A stretch of 64,000 nucleotides of DNA, taken from Lama guanicoe (Eukaryota). A model generated the notes under the pieces. The model was not told the origin of the DNA, ran no database searches, and worked only from the letters and a program-made list of their open reading frames with translations. Made by a program: the position numbers and the translations under genes. The stretch spans positions 870,001 through 934,000 of the forward strand of contig MU053431.1 of the NCBI GenBank assembly GCA_013239625.1, given 5' to 3'. Below are positions 23,487-35,427 of this stretch, piece by piece (position 1 is the stretch's first letter; every line of letters starts with the position of its first letter).

Positions 23487-25836
23487 ATTTTTTTATCGTG
23501 GTAAATATACAGAACATCAAATTGACCACCTTCACCAATTTCAAGTGCACAGTTCAGGGACATTAAGTGCATCCACACTGTTGTGCAACCGTCCCCATCA
23601 TCCACCTCCAGAACACGTCCATCTTCCCAAACTGAGACTGTCCCCATGAACACCATCCCTGTTCCCCCTCCCCCCAGCCCCTGGCGTCCACCAGTCTACT
23701 TTCTGTCTCTGATTTTGACCCCTCTAGGGACCTCCTGTAAGTGGGAATCACACGGTATACGTTTTTTTGTGTGTGCCTGGCTTATTTCACGGAGCATAAA
23801 GTCTTCAAGCTTTGTCCATGTTGTACCATGTGTCAGAATTCCCTTCCTATTTAAGGCTGAATAATATTCTGTTGTATGTATATACCACATCTTCTTTACC
23901 CATTCTTTGGTTGATGGACACTTGCGTTGCTTCCATATCTCGGCTATTGTAAATAATTCTGCAGTGGACCTGGGAGGGCAGATATCTCTTCTAAATCCAG
24001 CTTTCAGTGTCTTTGAATAAATACCCCAGAGTGGGATTGCTGGATCATATGGTAATCCTATTTTTAGCTTTGTGAGGAACCTCCCTACTGCTTTCCAGAG
24101 TGGCTGCAACTATTTATAATCCCACCAACAGTGCACAAGGGTTCCCTTTTCTCCACATCCTCAACAACACTTGTTACCTCTTGTCTGTTTGATGATAGCC
24201 ACTCTCACAGTGTGAGGTGGGACCTCGTCATGTTTGTGATTTGCCTTTCCCTGAAGAGTAGTGATGCTGAGCATCTTTTCATGGACCTGTCAGCCATCTG
24301 TATGTCCTCTTTGGGAAAATGTCTATTCAGTTCCTCTGCCCACTTTTTGATTGGACTGTTTTTTGTTTGTCTGGGGGGCTTTGTGCTTGGATTCTATGAG
24401 TTATTTATATGTTTTGGATATTAACCCCTATCAGATAGATGATTTGTAAATATTTTCTCCCATTTAGTAGGTCGCCTTTTCGTTTTGTTGATGGTTTCCT
24501 TTGCTGTGCTGAAGGTTTTCAGTTCATTGGAACCCCCCTTGTTTATTTTTGCTTTTGTTGTCAAATCCAAGAAAATCCTCTCCAATGTCAAGAAGCTTAC
24601 AATCTGTGTTTTCTCTAAGAGTTTCATGATTCAGGTCTTAAGTTCAAGTCTTTAAGCCATTTTGAGTCAATTTTTGTGGATGGTATGAGACAGTGTGCAG
24701 TGTCAGTATTTTGCATGTGGTCGTCCAGTTTTCCCAACGCATTAATGTCCTTTCCCCATTGCACAGTCCTGGCTCCTTTGTCATATGTTAATGGACCGCC
24801 TGTATGTGGGTCTACTTCTGGTGTCTCTAATCGGTTCCACCAGTCTCTGTGCCTGGTTTTATACCAGTAAGTTACTATTTTGATTACTACAGCTTGGTGA
24901 TATAGTTTGAAATCAGTCAGTGTGATGCCTCCAGCCTTGTTGTTCTTTTTTAAGATTATTTTGGCTGTTCAGGATTTTTTGTGGTCCCATATAAATTTTA
25001 GGATTTTTTTCTATTTCTCTGAAAAACGTCGTTAGAATTTTGCTAGGAATTGCAATGATTCTGTAGATAGTTTGAGCAGTATGGAAAATTTAACAACATT
25101 AAGTCTTCTGAACCCTGAGCACAGAATATATTTCCACGTATTTGCATCTTCTTCAATTTCTTTCATCAATGTCTTATAGTTCTCAGTGTTCAGGTCTTTC
25201 ACGTCCTTGGTTAAATTTATTCCTAGGTATTTTATTCTTTTTGACATAATTGTAAATGAGATTATTAATTTTTCTTTCTGATAGCTCATTATTAGTGTCT
25301 AGAAATGCAAAAAATTTTTGTGTATTGATTTTGTACCTTGCAACGTTACTGAATTTGTTTATTCTAACAGTTTTTTGGTCAAGTCTTTAAGGTTTTCTAT
25401 ATACAGTACCATGTCACTCAAAAATGTGATGGTTTTCTTTCTTTCTTTCTGATTCAGGTGCCCTTTCTTTCTTTTTTTTCCCTACTTGCTCGGGCTAAGA
25501 CTTCGAATGCCGTGTTGGACTGAAGTGGTGGGGGGAGCCCTTGTCTTGCTCCTGATCTTAGAGGAAACGTTTTCAGTTTTATTTATTGATTTATGTTTAT
25601 TTTATTTTACTGAGTTATAGTCAGTTTACAATGCTGTATCAATCTCCAGCGTAGAGAACAATTTTTCAGTTGTACACAGACATACATGTATTCATTGTCG
25701 CGTTCTGAGATTTCAGTTCTGTATGACGTTGAGCGTGGTGTTAGCTGTGGGCTTGTCACGTGTGGCCTGTGTTATGTTGCGATATGTTCCCTCTACACCC
25801 ACTCTGTTGAGAGTTTTTATCACGAATGGATGTTGG
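23487..25836 (-). mobile_element. LINE-1 (L1MA/L1MB-type), about 2.2 kb: 3' UTR plus decayed ORF2 (RT-distal and C-terminal parts)
   Basis: ORF remnants '[30 protein letters not shown]...KKMWYIHTTEYYSA' (23696-24109) and '[31 protein letters not shown]' (25032-25289) match L1 ORF2p; frames are broken. Confidence 0.95.
25579..25710 (-). mobile_element. Short younger L1 3' end nested in the older L1
   Basis: T-rich tail then 'ttactgagttatagtcagtttacaatgctgtatcaatctccagcgtagag...catacatgtattc'; flanked by tttcagtt at 25571-25578 and 25711-25718 (probable TSD). Confidence 0.8.
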
Positions 25837-26217
25837 ACACAGTTTACTGAGTATGGTTCTGGGGGTGTGGGTTTATACATTTTCATTAAAGGCAGGTTTT
25901 TGAGGGGGTAAAATCTGAACGGTGTGTTTCCTGACTCATGGCCCTTGGGGAGGATTGGATGTCTGTACACAGGTGTGGGGGGTACACGTCTTGGGCACTG
26001 GCCCAGTTGTTGGGTGGAAACACCTTTGGGCCCCAGGAGAGGCTGAACTGAGGAGGTGTTTGGAAAGACTCACTCAGGATGCAGCAGGACCAGCCAGCCC
26101 AGCGTCACTCTCGGTGGAGAAGGACGTGGCCAGCAGAGCTGACCAGGAGCTTCCGGTGAGACCCAGGTTCCGCGGCCACTTCCTTCTTCTTAAGAAAACG
26201 CCTTTGTTGAAGGCCAT

Positions 26218-26298
26218 TCTCCCCTCTCGATCCCTCCCTCTCCCTCGTCCCTCTCCCCCTCTCTCTCCACCCCTCCCTCCCCCTCCCTCTCTTCCATC
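26218..26298. repeat. CT-rich low-complexity tract
   Basis: Polypyrimidine (ccct/ct) run. Confidence 0.8.
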
Positions 26299-27687
26299 TA
26301 CTTTGAACCAGCTGTGCAGCGTGGGATGTGCAGGAAAGTGCCAGCTGTTTCCTCTAAAAATATCACAGTGTGAGCAGGCACGTCAGGTGTGGGGAGTCGG
26401 ACCATCAGGTGCTCCCCCTTCTGAGTCGATGTCACCAACAACGGTCCGTGCACCCCGCCCGTTCCCGGCAGCAGCACTATTATTATACGTCGGTGTATAA
26501 AGGTGCTGAGACGGGGGGAGGTCACTAGATGTCTGCCTCTCAGGTCGTCAGTTCCTCCATTGCATTGTTTGTTTCAAGGCTAAGACAGTTCCGGGAGGGC
26601 TGGAGACAGGTACTGTGCGTGTGTGGCAGTGGGAGGGGACACACGCGAGGACCTGACCTGGTCCCCACGGCCCCACGGAGCTCGGGCTCGGGCAGCCTCT
26701 GTTCTGCAGGCGCTGCCAGAGTCAGGCCCCCTTCCTGTGTGCGCAGCACCGGCCGTCTTAGTCCAGCAGTCCTGCCCCTGACAGCCGGGCCATCTTCACA
26801 CTCAGGGCATGTTTAGAAAAGAAGGGAACCATCTATTTATTAGGTTTTCTGTCTGGACACTTTCTACGTGCAGAAACCACGTGGGTCCACCTCTTACCCT
26901 GCGAGCTGCCCTCTGCTCCTGCGCTCCCGCAGTCCTGGCCGCTCTCGCTGTCCCTGAGCCCAGGTCTCCTCCCCGGGAACCCTGTGCCTTAAAATACTGA
27001 GTAGTGACATCAGCACGTTTATAAATACACCCAGGGTGCATGCCAAAAAAATCCTTCTGTCAGTGGGGCACCTGGAGTCTGGACACAAATTCTGAACTGG
27101 ACCAGGGCTCAGCTGGGTGGGAGGTGTGGGCCCACCCCTCTGCCCTCTCGTCAGACCCCTCCTGTGCCGGCCCCACCAGCCTGGGCCGTGCAGGAGACTC
27201 TGGCATCTTGGCTGCACTGGCCAACAGCAAAGCTCCCATGGCTTCTACCGCGGAGGCCGGGTGTGCGGGGACGAGGGCTCTTTTCCTCTGCCTCCGGTTG
27301 GGTTTAATATCACAAATGGACTTGGGTGAACTTGTTCGAATCGACTCAAATGACGCTCTGAGAAATTGCACTTGCGGGAGACCTGGCGTGGGGTTTCCTC
27401 TGCTTGTGACTTGCATCACGTCCCTTCTTTCACTTGGCAGGTCCATTCGTCATTTGCTTCTTTTTTTCACTTTGAGATCTACACTCTTAGACCCTCTGAT
27501 TTCTACATCATGAATAGCACCTTGCTTGGTCCTGATAAAATACGTCCTTTCCTCTCTTTGCACCCAGGCAAACAGTCATGAATGGATGGTCCTGTCACAG
27601 TGCAGGCTAGACCTTGTCAACGGCTCCTGGAACCTTCCAGCCCCTGGCCTCCACCTGCTTCCCCAGCTCGTACCTCATCGCTCCTCA

Positions 27688-27878
27688 TTGCACACTTGTG
27701 CACATGCGTGTTAAATTGTGTGCAGACTGATGCGTGTGCACACGCACATACCACAGACTCGCGTGCTCACATGCAGGTGTGAGGTGCCTTGAGTACGTGC
27801 AGACATACAGATATGAGGGTATTCGTGCACACAGATGCACAGACAAACATACAAACGAACACACGTGTATTCACACAA
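27688..27878. repeat. Degenerate (CA/TG)-rich low-complexity tract
   Basis: Repeated cacac/gtgtg/gcac motifs. Confidence 0.6.
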
Positions 27879-30842
27879 GCAGAAACCTGACCCGCCGCCC
27901 GAGAGCCCGTGCGGCCCCCTGCAGGAGAGGACCCACGACCTCGGGCTCTCCCCTGTGCTGGAGCATCCGAGGAGGACATGCAGAGACAGGCTCCATGCCA
28001 GGCCCTGGGCACCAGAGTCAGGCACGCCCCTCCACGAATGAAGGTCTGCACAGGACGGCGACACTCAAGAGAGGCCGGCCTAGTCGATGGGGCCATGCAA
28101 GGCTGGAGAACGACGCTGGGTGCTGTGGGGGCCAGGGGAGGCCCTGGAAGAAGGGCCTTGAAGCTGCATCTTGAGTGGTGAGGGTTATGGGTGAGAGGTG
28201 GGGCGAGGGAGGTGGGGATGCAGCTGAGGACGCAGAGCAGAGCTTTGGGGTCAGGAAGCTCCAAGGGGGGAACCTGGACGGCCCTCCCTCTTCGAGGGTT
28301 GTTGCTGCTGCTCCACCCACCTTCCTGGCGAGGCCCTGGCGCACCCAGCACATGTGGTCCTTTGAGCCCCACAGGCCGCAAACATTCCATTTTACAGCCA
28401 AGACCGTGCTGTGCGGTGTGCAGGGCCCGGACTGTGGCGCTGGGCTCACCGCAGCCCCTCCGACAGGGCCCTCGCTCCCGAGCACTGCCCTCACCGCGGA
28501 AGCGGGTCGGGCGGAGGACAGTGGTCGGAGGGCAGGTCGGCCCCAAAGCTGGAGTGGCCAGTTGCCCAGCTTGGAGCAGCTGGGGTGAAACCAGGGAGGG
28601 GGTCTGCGAGGGAGGGGGTCTGCGAGAGAGGGTCGGCAGGGGCCTGGGCAGAGCACCCAGTGGAGGCTGGGAGCCTCAGCACAGGGGTGGGGGCAGGGGG
28701 GCTGGTTCCCGTGTGACTGTGGGGAGGAGGCGGAGCCGGGGCCGCAGCAGCCCTGAGGCCAAGCCCAGGAGAGGCCCTTGAGGAGGGAAGACTGTGCAGC
28801 CATTGCCTGTGAGAGGGGCTGAGAGTCTGCCAGAGGGGAGGCCCCTCAGCCTCCCAGTCCCACGCCCCGTAGCCCCGAGGCCAGCGGTTCTGGTCGGCTC
28901 TGCCTGGGGCGGGGCCGCCCGCCGCCAAGCGCATCAGTGGCCTCGGACCAACCGCGGGGCAGAAGCCCGTTCACCGTCTCTGTCTGCTGGTTCAGGGAAA
29001 CATGACAGGCACTTAGCAGTGCGTCCCTCCGGGGTGAGACCAGCAAGGAATCTGCAGCTAAAACACTGACAAAGAGGTATTCACACTATGAGGAAACAAA
29101 CGCAATAAAATAAACAGGACAGAGGCATGCATAACATATTTCATGGAGATTACTAGTTTTTTTTTTAATCTGTCAGTTAAAGGAATAATCCCGTTTTTCC
29201 ACAGAGCAGAGTGTTTTAATCCAACTGATTGTGATTGAAGTTTTGCTTGGGAAATACTCTGGCTTAATGTACTAAAGACGAGAATACAGGAAAATGTAGG
29301 TGTGTATGAACAGCAGTGGACACTGCGAGGTCCTGCAAGGTGTTACCTGCAGCTCATACACACGCTGCAGTGTGGCGCAAGCTCAGTGAATACGCACCTA
29401 CGTCACGCTGACAGGGCTGCGGGCCGACGGTCCAGGTAGGTCCTGGGTCCTGGATCCTGACGGTGCAGGTGGGGCATTGCGGAGTCTCAGCGTCTCCCTC
29501 AGTTCTGAGCTTCAGAGGCTGCAGAGGACGCTTGGCCTGTGCGCCAGCCCCTTCCCCGTCACCTGCATTCCTGTTCCGTGTGTCAGTGGCTCATGAAGGT
29601 GATGTGATTGCCACCAAGGTGGCCGATGACACTGCGATTGCGCTGCGCGGGCTTGGATGTCCCAGGCTTTTGAAGAGGGTGGCGTTACCTCGCTCTCCAA
29701 GGCCAGCTGGGTCATAGACGCCACGGAAGGTGTGGCCAGGGAGGTTCCCGAGGAGGACAGACGCAGGAGCGAGGGTTTCTGCCCAGGCTTCTTCCCGGGC
29801 TGCCCCAGAGCTCAGGGCAGAGGCAGGGACGCCTTTGGGTGATTAGGTTTTCAAAATAGAGACACTCTCTAAGTGCAGGTCTTTCGTGTGGACTTCTGTG
29901 TAAAGCCAGCTGTCAGCTCCTGGCTACTTGTGGTGATTTTGCTGTCACTGGTTAGCACACCCCTCGTAGGTGGCATTTTCTCTAACGAGGTCCGTGCCAC
30001 TCAGCTGTGACCGAAGGGAGCCCTGTGTGCACGACGGCTGCTCCGGGCCTAATTAGGAAGGAGAAAACCAGAGGAGTGGGGGCTTCACGGGCTGGCACCT
30101 GTGGAACAGGCGGTTAGGACAGCCTTGAAGCCACGTGCGTAGCTTCTGGCTGCGTTTTCAAACACGGAGGTGGAAACGCCCCGCCCTCTCCCGCCTTCCG
30201 CCCAGCCCCGTGCTCCCAGCCGTGCAGAGGAGGCCGTGGCCCCCTTGTGCGAGGCGCACTGGTCCCGGCAGCTGGCCCTGCTCCGCCGGCTTCCCTGACG
30301 GCCTCCGGGCCTGAACCCCGGGGGGCCGGGGGCAGGATTAGCCTTCTCCCGGCCCAGCAGATCTCAAGGCCGGGCGTTAGCAATTTCCCTTCAGGGGCCT
30401 TAGGGACCATTGTGTGAAATCAGAACATCGTCTCCCTGAGTCTATTTACAGGTCATCCTGCATTAATCAGAACTCTTTCCCGGCGAGGGTGTCTGTGGAC
30501 CACCTGGCCCCTCCCAGCCGCTCAGCTCCGTCTCCCCTCCCTCCACTGTCCGCCCCTCACACGCGATTCCCCAGGGTGCTCCTTCCAGGCTCCTGAGCGG
30601 GGCCATCTGCGTGGAGCCTCTGGGGTGTGCAGCCCCTGCTCTGTCTGCCGCCCCGACTGCCAGGCGCAGGCCCGCACGTTCACAACAGGCACACGGCCAT
30701 CCAGGCATTGCCTACTTTTCTGCTGGTAGCTCTCTCCCCTCAGCCCTCACACCAGGCAACCAGTCCGTATGCGTCGACTGGGACCTCCGGTTCCAACATG
30801 GCAGAGTGGAAATGAAGGCTGCATTAGATGGGAAAAAATAAT

Positions 30843-30965
30843 GAGGGAAGGAGGGAGGGGAGGAGGGAAGGAAGAGGGGGAAGGAGCCTGAGAGAGGAAG
30901 AAAGGAAGGAAGGAGGGAAGAAGGGAGGGAGGGGGAGGGAGGGAGGAAGGGAGGAGGGAGGGAGA
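30843..30965. repeat. (GGAA/GGGA)n purine tract
   Basis: Directly visible, nearly pure purine run. Confidence 0.9.
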
Positions 30966-31169
30966 CTTGAAAGCAACAGAAAACAGCCAAGGCAGCCAGG
31001 ACCTGAGGGGCCCAAATCCGAGAACGGAGGGCACCGTTCTGCGCGGCGTCCCCGGGGCAGGTGCTCACTTCTAGGCTGCACGTTCTCGGCTGAGAGAGAC
31101 CCCAGGCAGAGAGCAGGTGCACAGGGGCTGACGAGTGGGGCAGAGTGGGGAGGCCTGGGGTCAGTTCCT

Positions 31170-31755
31170 CTCAACGCCAGGAAGATGGACTCAGCCAAAG
31201 CCCACCTGCAAGGGAACCTCTGACCCGGGCCGCCGTGGGCAGAGACGTGCAGCGGCGGGAGTTCTGACGCGCTGTGGGCGAGACGTGGGGAAGGCTGCTG
31301 ACGCGGGCCCTGGGAGCTGCGTGTAAACGCACCCCGCGCCCCAGGAACCCCACTCTGAGGCAGGTCCCTGACAGGTGCGTGTGGGTGGCCCCGGAACACA
31401 CACACAAGGACACCCTCAGCAGCGTCATTTCTTATTTCCCCAAACGTCCGAATGCCCACCAGCAGCAGGATGGATGAGCCAGTCGCGGGGCGTCTGCGCT
31501 GTGGAATACTACGCGGCATTCACAGCGGATGAGCGGCTGCCTTCCCCCCCGGGGCGGCTCTCACGCACGTGCTGCTGGCAGAGGCAGAGCAGTGGTCACC
31601 GGTGGAGGTGGGCACCGGCTGGGGCACGAGGGGGCTCCGTGGTCCAGAGGTGGGTGCTCCTAACACGGTGGGTATGTGCACTCTGAAAATTCATCAAGCT
31701 CTGTGCTTGCGGTTCGTGCTTCTTACCGTATGTGTACTTTAGTGTAAATCTTAGC
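31170..31755 (+). mobile_element. L1ME-type 3' fragment, strongly GC-shifted
   Basis: 'ccgaatgcccaccagcagcaggatggatgag...gtggaatactacgcggca' and 'tgaaaattcatcaagctctgtgcttgcggttcgtgcttctt...tatgtgtact' parallel the L1ME ORF2 end and 3' UTR. Confidence 0.7.
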
Positions 31756-31949
31756 TGATGATGGGTAGGTGGGTGGAGAGAGAGTCCCTGACTGATGGCC
31801 GTGCTCCTGGCGCAGCTGCGCACAGACCCAGCTGCCGGCCCCGCGTTCTCAGTGTGCCTGCATTCGTCTGTTGCTTCTGTGGACATGATATCGTACCTGT
31901 TTGCATTTTCCAGGCTCGAGATTCCTTGTTGACAGGATGAGAATAAAGT

Positions 31950-32160
31950 GATGATGATCAACACAGCTTAGATCTGACTGCTCACTCCTTCTAGACACTG
32001 TTCTTCACGTATTAAATCATCTGATCTCTACAGACAGCTCTTGAGGTTCAGGAACATTGTAATCTCTGTCCCACAGATCCAGCCTCAGAGAGCATGGTCA
32101 GCGCACCCAGAGTCACACAGACAGGCGGCATCAGAGGTGGCCTTCCAGGCCTCGAAGGCA
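31950..32160 (-). mobile_element. MIR SINE (degenerate)
   Basis: 'ttcacgtattaaatcatctgatctctacagacagctcttgaggtt...cacccagagtcacacag'. Confidence 0.7.
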
Positions 32161-32344
32161 GCCTCCGCGCCCACACATGCTCTGCCCTCAGGCCCTCCCA
32201 CCTCTCCTAGTGCTGACGGAGGTGGGGATTCAGTTCGCTTGAGGCCTACTGTGCGCTAGATGCGCAGAGAGCACAGCACCCAGAGGGCTTCCCAGTCCTG
32301 TGTCCCCAGTACCAGGCAGGAAATCAGTGCCCAGGGCCTGACTG

Positions 32345-32503
32345 TTGGACGGATGGATGGATTAGATCGGATTGATAGCTAGATGGGTGGTGAGTGGGCT
32401 GGGTGGATGGATGGATGGATGGATGGATGGATGGATGTGTGGGTGGATAAATGAATGAGTGGATGGATGGGTGGGTGGGTGGATGAATGAATGAATGAAT
32501 GAA
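32345..32503. repeat. (GGAT)n/(GAAT)n simple repeat following a probable L2 3' end
   Basis: Visible array ending in gaatgaatgaatgaat; upstream 'ctgtgtccccagtaccaggca' is L2-like. Confidence 0.9.
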
Positions 32504-32609
32504 TAGGGGTGTAGTGTTGGGACCTCCCTCTGAGCCCGTATGGCATCTGTGTCTGCGGGTAAGTGATTCCTGAGAAAAGCACCAGAGGCACAGGCGTGCT
32601 TGTGCACAG

Positions 32610-32780
32610 ACAGCAGGGCTTGGACTGCTGCATCTCACGTGAGGATGCCCGTTAAAACAGCTTCTTGGGCCCACCTCCCAGAGACTCCGCGTCAGCAGCC
32701 CCTAATGGGTGTCAGGACCCTGAGTCCCTAACAAGCTCCCGGGAGTGCTCTCTGCTGGGCTGGGGCCACACTGGGGAGGC
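32610..32780. mobile_element. MER5A-like fragment
   Basis: 'gttaaaacagcttcttgggcccacctcccagagactc...ctaacaagctcccgggag...ggccacact'. Confidence 0.65.
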
Positions 32781-33049
32781 AGGGTGTCGAGAGCTCTCCA
32801 GCGCCTTGGGTGCCATGTCTCTTTCCACAACACTTAATAACATTTCCCTAAACCCTCTGTTAATTGGACTGTGCAGAGCTAATGAGAGAAGGATTTCTAG
32901 GGCACACCTTCAGGGCTCTGCAGAGTGGGTGTGTGCGTGCAGAGAAGGGGGTGACACGGTGCTTCGGCAGACGCCCCTGCCCCCCAGAACGTGAGTCTGC
33001 ACTCAGCTTTGAAGCCTGCTCATCGGTGTGCCAGGCGGCCTTCTGCCTC

Positions 33050-33500
33050 GGGGCCATTTATGGTGCCAACGCTTGTGAAGCTGAAACAGTTTGATGCGTA
33101 ATTGCAGGAGGAAATGGGACGCCTGCTGAGCATGGCAGGATATAGTGCCTTATCACACTTTATGTGCGGCTGCCGCTTGCCGGAATTGCGGGCAGATCCA
33201 CACCATCGACACAACGGTGACATTTTTCATGGGCCGCCGTGTTCTGAATCAGCACTGCAATGCTGCGATTAGAGGAGGTAGAGGAAGGGAACAATCACAG
33301 CGCCGCCGGTGACAGATCAGCCGCCAGCCCTGCCTCCCTCCCCGTGCTGCCGTCTGCTGTGATATGCAGCGCAACTTCTGCAGGAGCATCGCACCTGCAC
33401 GTCACCTGGAAACTGAATTTTATTTGCTGGCCTGCCTATAATGTATAGCACTCCTGCAACACACTTCAGCTCTCGTTTAGTGAACAGTGTATTCTTTATT
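33050..33500. promoter_or_regulatory. Candidate conserved non-coding element
   Basis: Non-repetitive block with ccatttatgg, atgcgtaatt, aacaat and tgacag motifs; conservation not tested. Confidence 0.4.
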
Positions 33501-33977
33501 TCCTGCCGGCCAAGAGACAGACAAAGAATCCGAGGGTTCGTCTGTGCTTGTAGCCCACAGCCTGGGTTCCCTGCGGAGCTGGGTTCTCAGCTGTCCTGGC
33601 TGTTCGTTGACAAGAGCCGCCCCCACTCCAGAACGCCCCGAGATGAGATGCCTCCTCCCGAGGTCGAGCCGCCGTCAGCGGTCACGGAGGAACATTCTGG
33701 AGCTGTTTTCTGTTTTCTGCTTGGCTGTAACGTGCTACTTCCATGTACGGAAGCAAAATTAGACACCTGCTGGGAATCGCCTGGCAGGTGAAGCCGTCAG
33801 TGAGGAGCAGGGTGGACTTCAACTGCAGAGGTTCATTGAAATAGTTTTCCTTTAAACAAACAAGCAAAACTCCCCACCCCCCCCCACTTCAAATCATGAA
33901 GTACTCTGTGGGGAAGCTCTGTCTGACACATCTGACGTTCCAACATAGGAGAAACATCTTGCTTGGTCAAAATTACT

Positions 33978-34791
33978 CTTTTTTTTTAAATCAAGTTTAT
34001 TGAGATAAAATTTACATTCGATAAAATGCACCCCTTTAAAATACACATTTCAACAAGTTTTGATGGATACATACACCGTGAATCCATCATCCATTGTAAC
34101 CAAGATTCAGAGCTTTTCATCCCCCCAAGAGCTCGCTCTGCCTGTTTGCAGTCAACTCTTCTCTGCCGCCCCTGGCAACCGCTAATCAGCTTACTGTCAC
34201 TGTAGATTAGCTGGCATCTCCTATAATTCTGTAGAATCGTTTGGCGCCTGGCTTCTTCCCCCAGTCTTACGACGCTGAGATCCGGCCGTGTCATTTGTGT
34301 ATCTGTTGCCCCTTTCCGCTGCTCAGTAGTATTCCCTTGTTTGGAGACACACTGTGTTGATCCGTCACCCGCCGATGGACATTTGGGTTGTTTCCAGGTT
34401 TCCGCTACCGTGAGTAAAGCTGCCCTAAGCATTTGGGCCCACGCCCCTCATGTGTCGCGGGTCTGGGGTCAACGCTGGGAGTGGAACGGCTGCTGGGGGG
34501 GATGTGTCTAACTTTCCCGACAGCTTTCCAAAGTGGTTGAACCATTTTGTATTCCTGCCAGCAGCCTGAAGGCCCCACGCCCTGTCCTGCACGGGGTGTG
34601 GTCAGTCCTTTAACCGGTGGCCATTCTGGCGAGTGCTTCGTGGGGTCCCGTGGCGGTTAGTGTCCCTTTCCCCGGCGGCTCCCGATGTGGGGCGCCTTGC
34701 TGTGTTCTCGTTGCTCATTTATACGCCTTCCTCTGTGACGTGCCTGTTCAATCTTTCATCCACTCTTAGACCGTACTGTTTGTCTTCTCGT
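33978..34791 (-). mobile_element. L1MB/MC-type 3' region, part 1
   Basis: T-tail then 'tttattgagataaaatttacattcgataaaatgcacc'; 'gatggacatttgggttgtttccaggtt'; ORF 33986-34432 contains 'AALLTVAETWKQPKCPS'. Confidence 0.9.
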
Positions 34792-35427
34792 TGTTACGGC
34801 AGCAAACGCAGGTCCGCTCTCCTGCGCGCGGAGAAGCCAGTCTACGGACGCCGGGTCGTGGTGAAGGAGGGTGCCGCGTTCACGGCAGAGCCCAGCACGG
34901 AGATCGGGCAGCACGTGCTCAAAAGTCCCAAGCCTCCCCCTGACTTTCAGGGAAGGGTTTTTAAGACCAAGGGAGGGAGAGGGTCACGGGGTACGTGATC
35001 TGCTCGTGCGCAATTCTCTGACTGGCTGGTGGGGAGGTAACGGGGCGATGCTTCAGGAATCTCAGTCCTCAGCCTTCCGGCTCCAGCTGGCCTGGGGCCT
35101 CCTGCTGGGGGGCAGCACACGGTGAACGTCTTCCACCTGTGGGGGTTTCAGTTTCTGCAAAGCGGCCCAAGGCTGTGGCCCGGGATAGTGTCTACAGCCC
35201 TGGCCGGGGAGCTAGAGGTCCTTAACTTAGTTTTGTGGCTGAATTGTTACTATTTTGTCTCACTTGACTGTTTTCCTTCGTTTCTGAATTTTCTCACGGC
35301 TCTGATTGAACTTGCTCTTTGGAACGGGAGGCGCCTAGGAGGCCAAAGGTCTCCTACAAACGGGAGGCGGGCGTGCGAGCGGCGGGCGTCTGTCCCTGGG
35401 GGGCCCGCCGGGTCCTGCTCAGTCTCA
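34792..35427 (-). mobile_element. ERV1-class solo LTR (MER34/MER39-like) nested in L1
   Basis: TG...CA termini (tgttac...cagtctca) and blocks 'gtgctcaaaagtcccaagcctccccctgactttcagggaagggtttttaag' and 'caattctctgactggctggtgg'; no clean TSD seen. Confidence 0.8.

Noticed and set aside
23696..25289. ORFs with reverse-transcriptase-family similarity, as a possible retron-like or novel RT system
   Set aside because: They are frameshifted remnants of LINE-1 ORF2, 5'-truncated and non-functional
28594..28632. 16-bp tandem duplication gggagggggtctgcga x2
   Set aside because: Ordinary small slippage duplication with no further structure
27767..28934. Overlapping 150-260 aa ORFs
   Set aside because: Stop-poor GC-rich sequence with Pro/Gly/Arg/Ala-biased translations on both strands; no recognisable domain or exon structure
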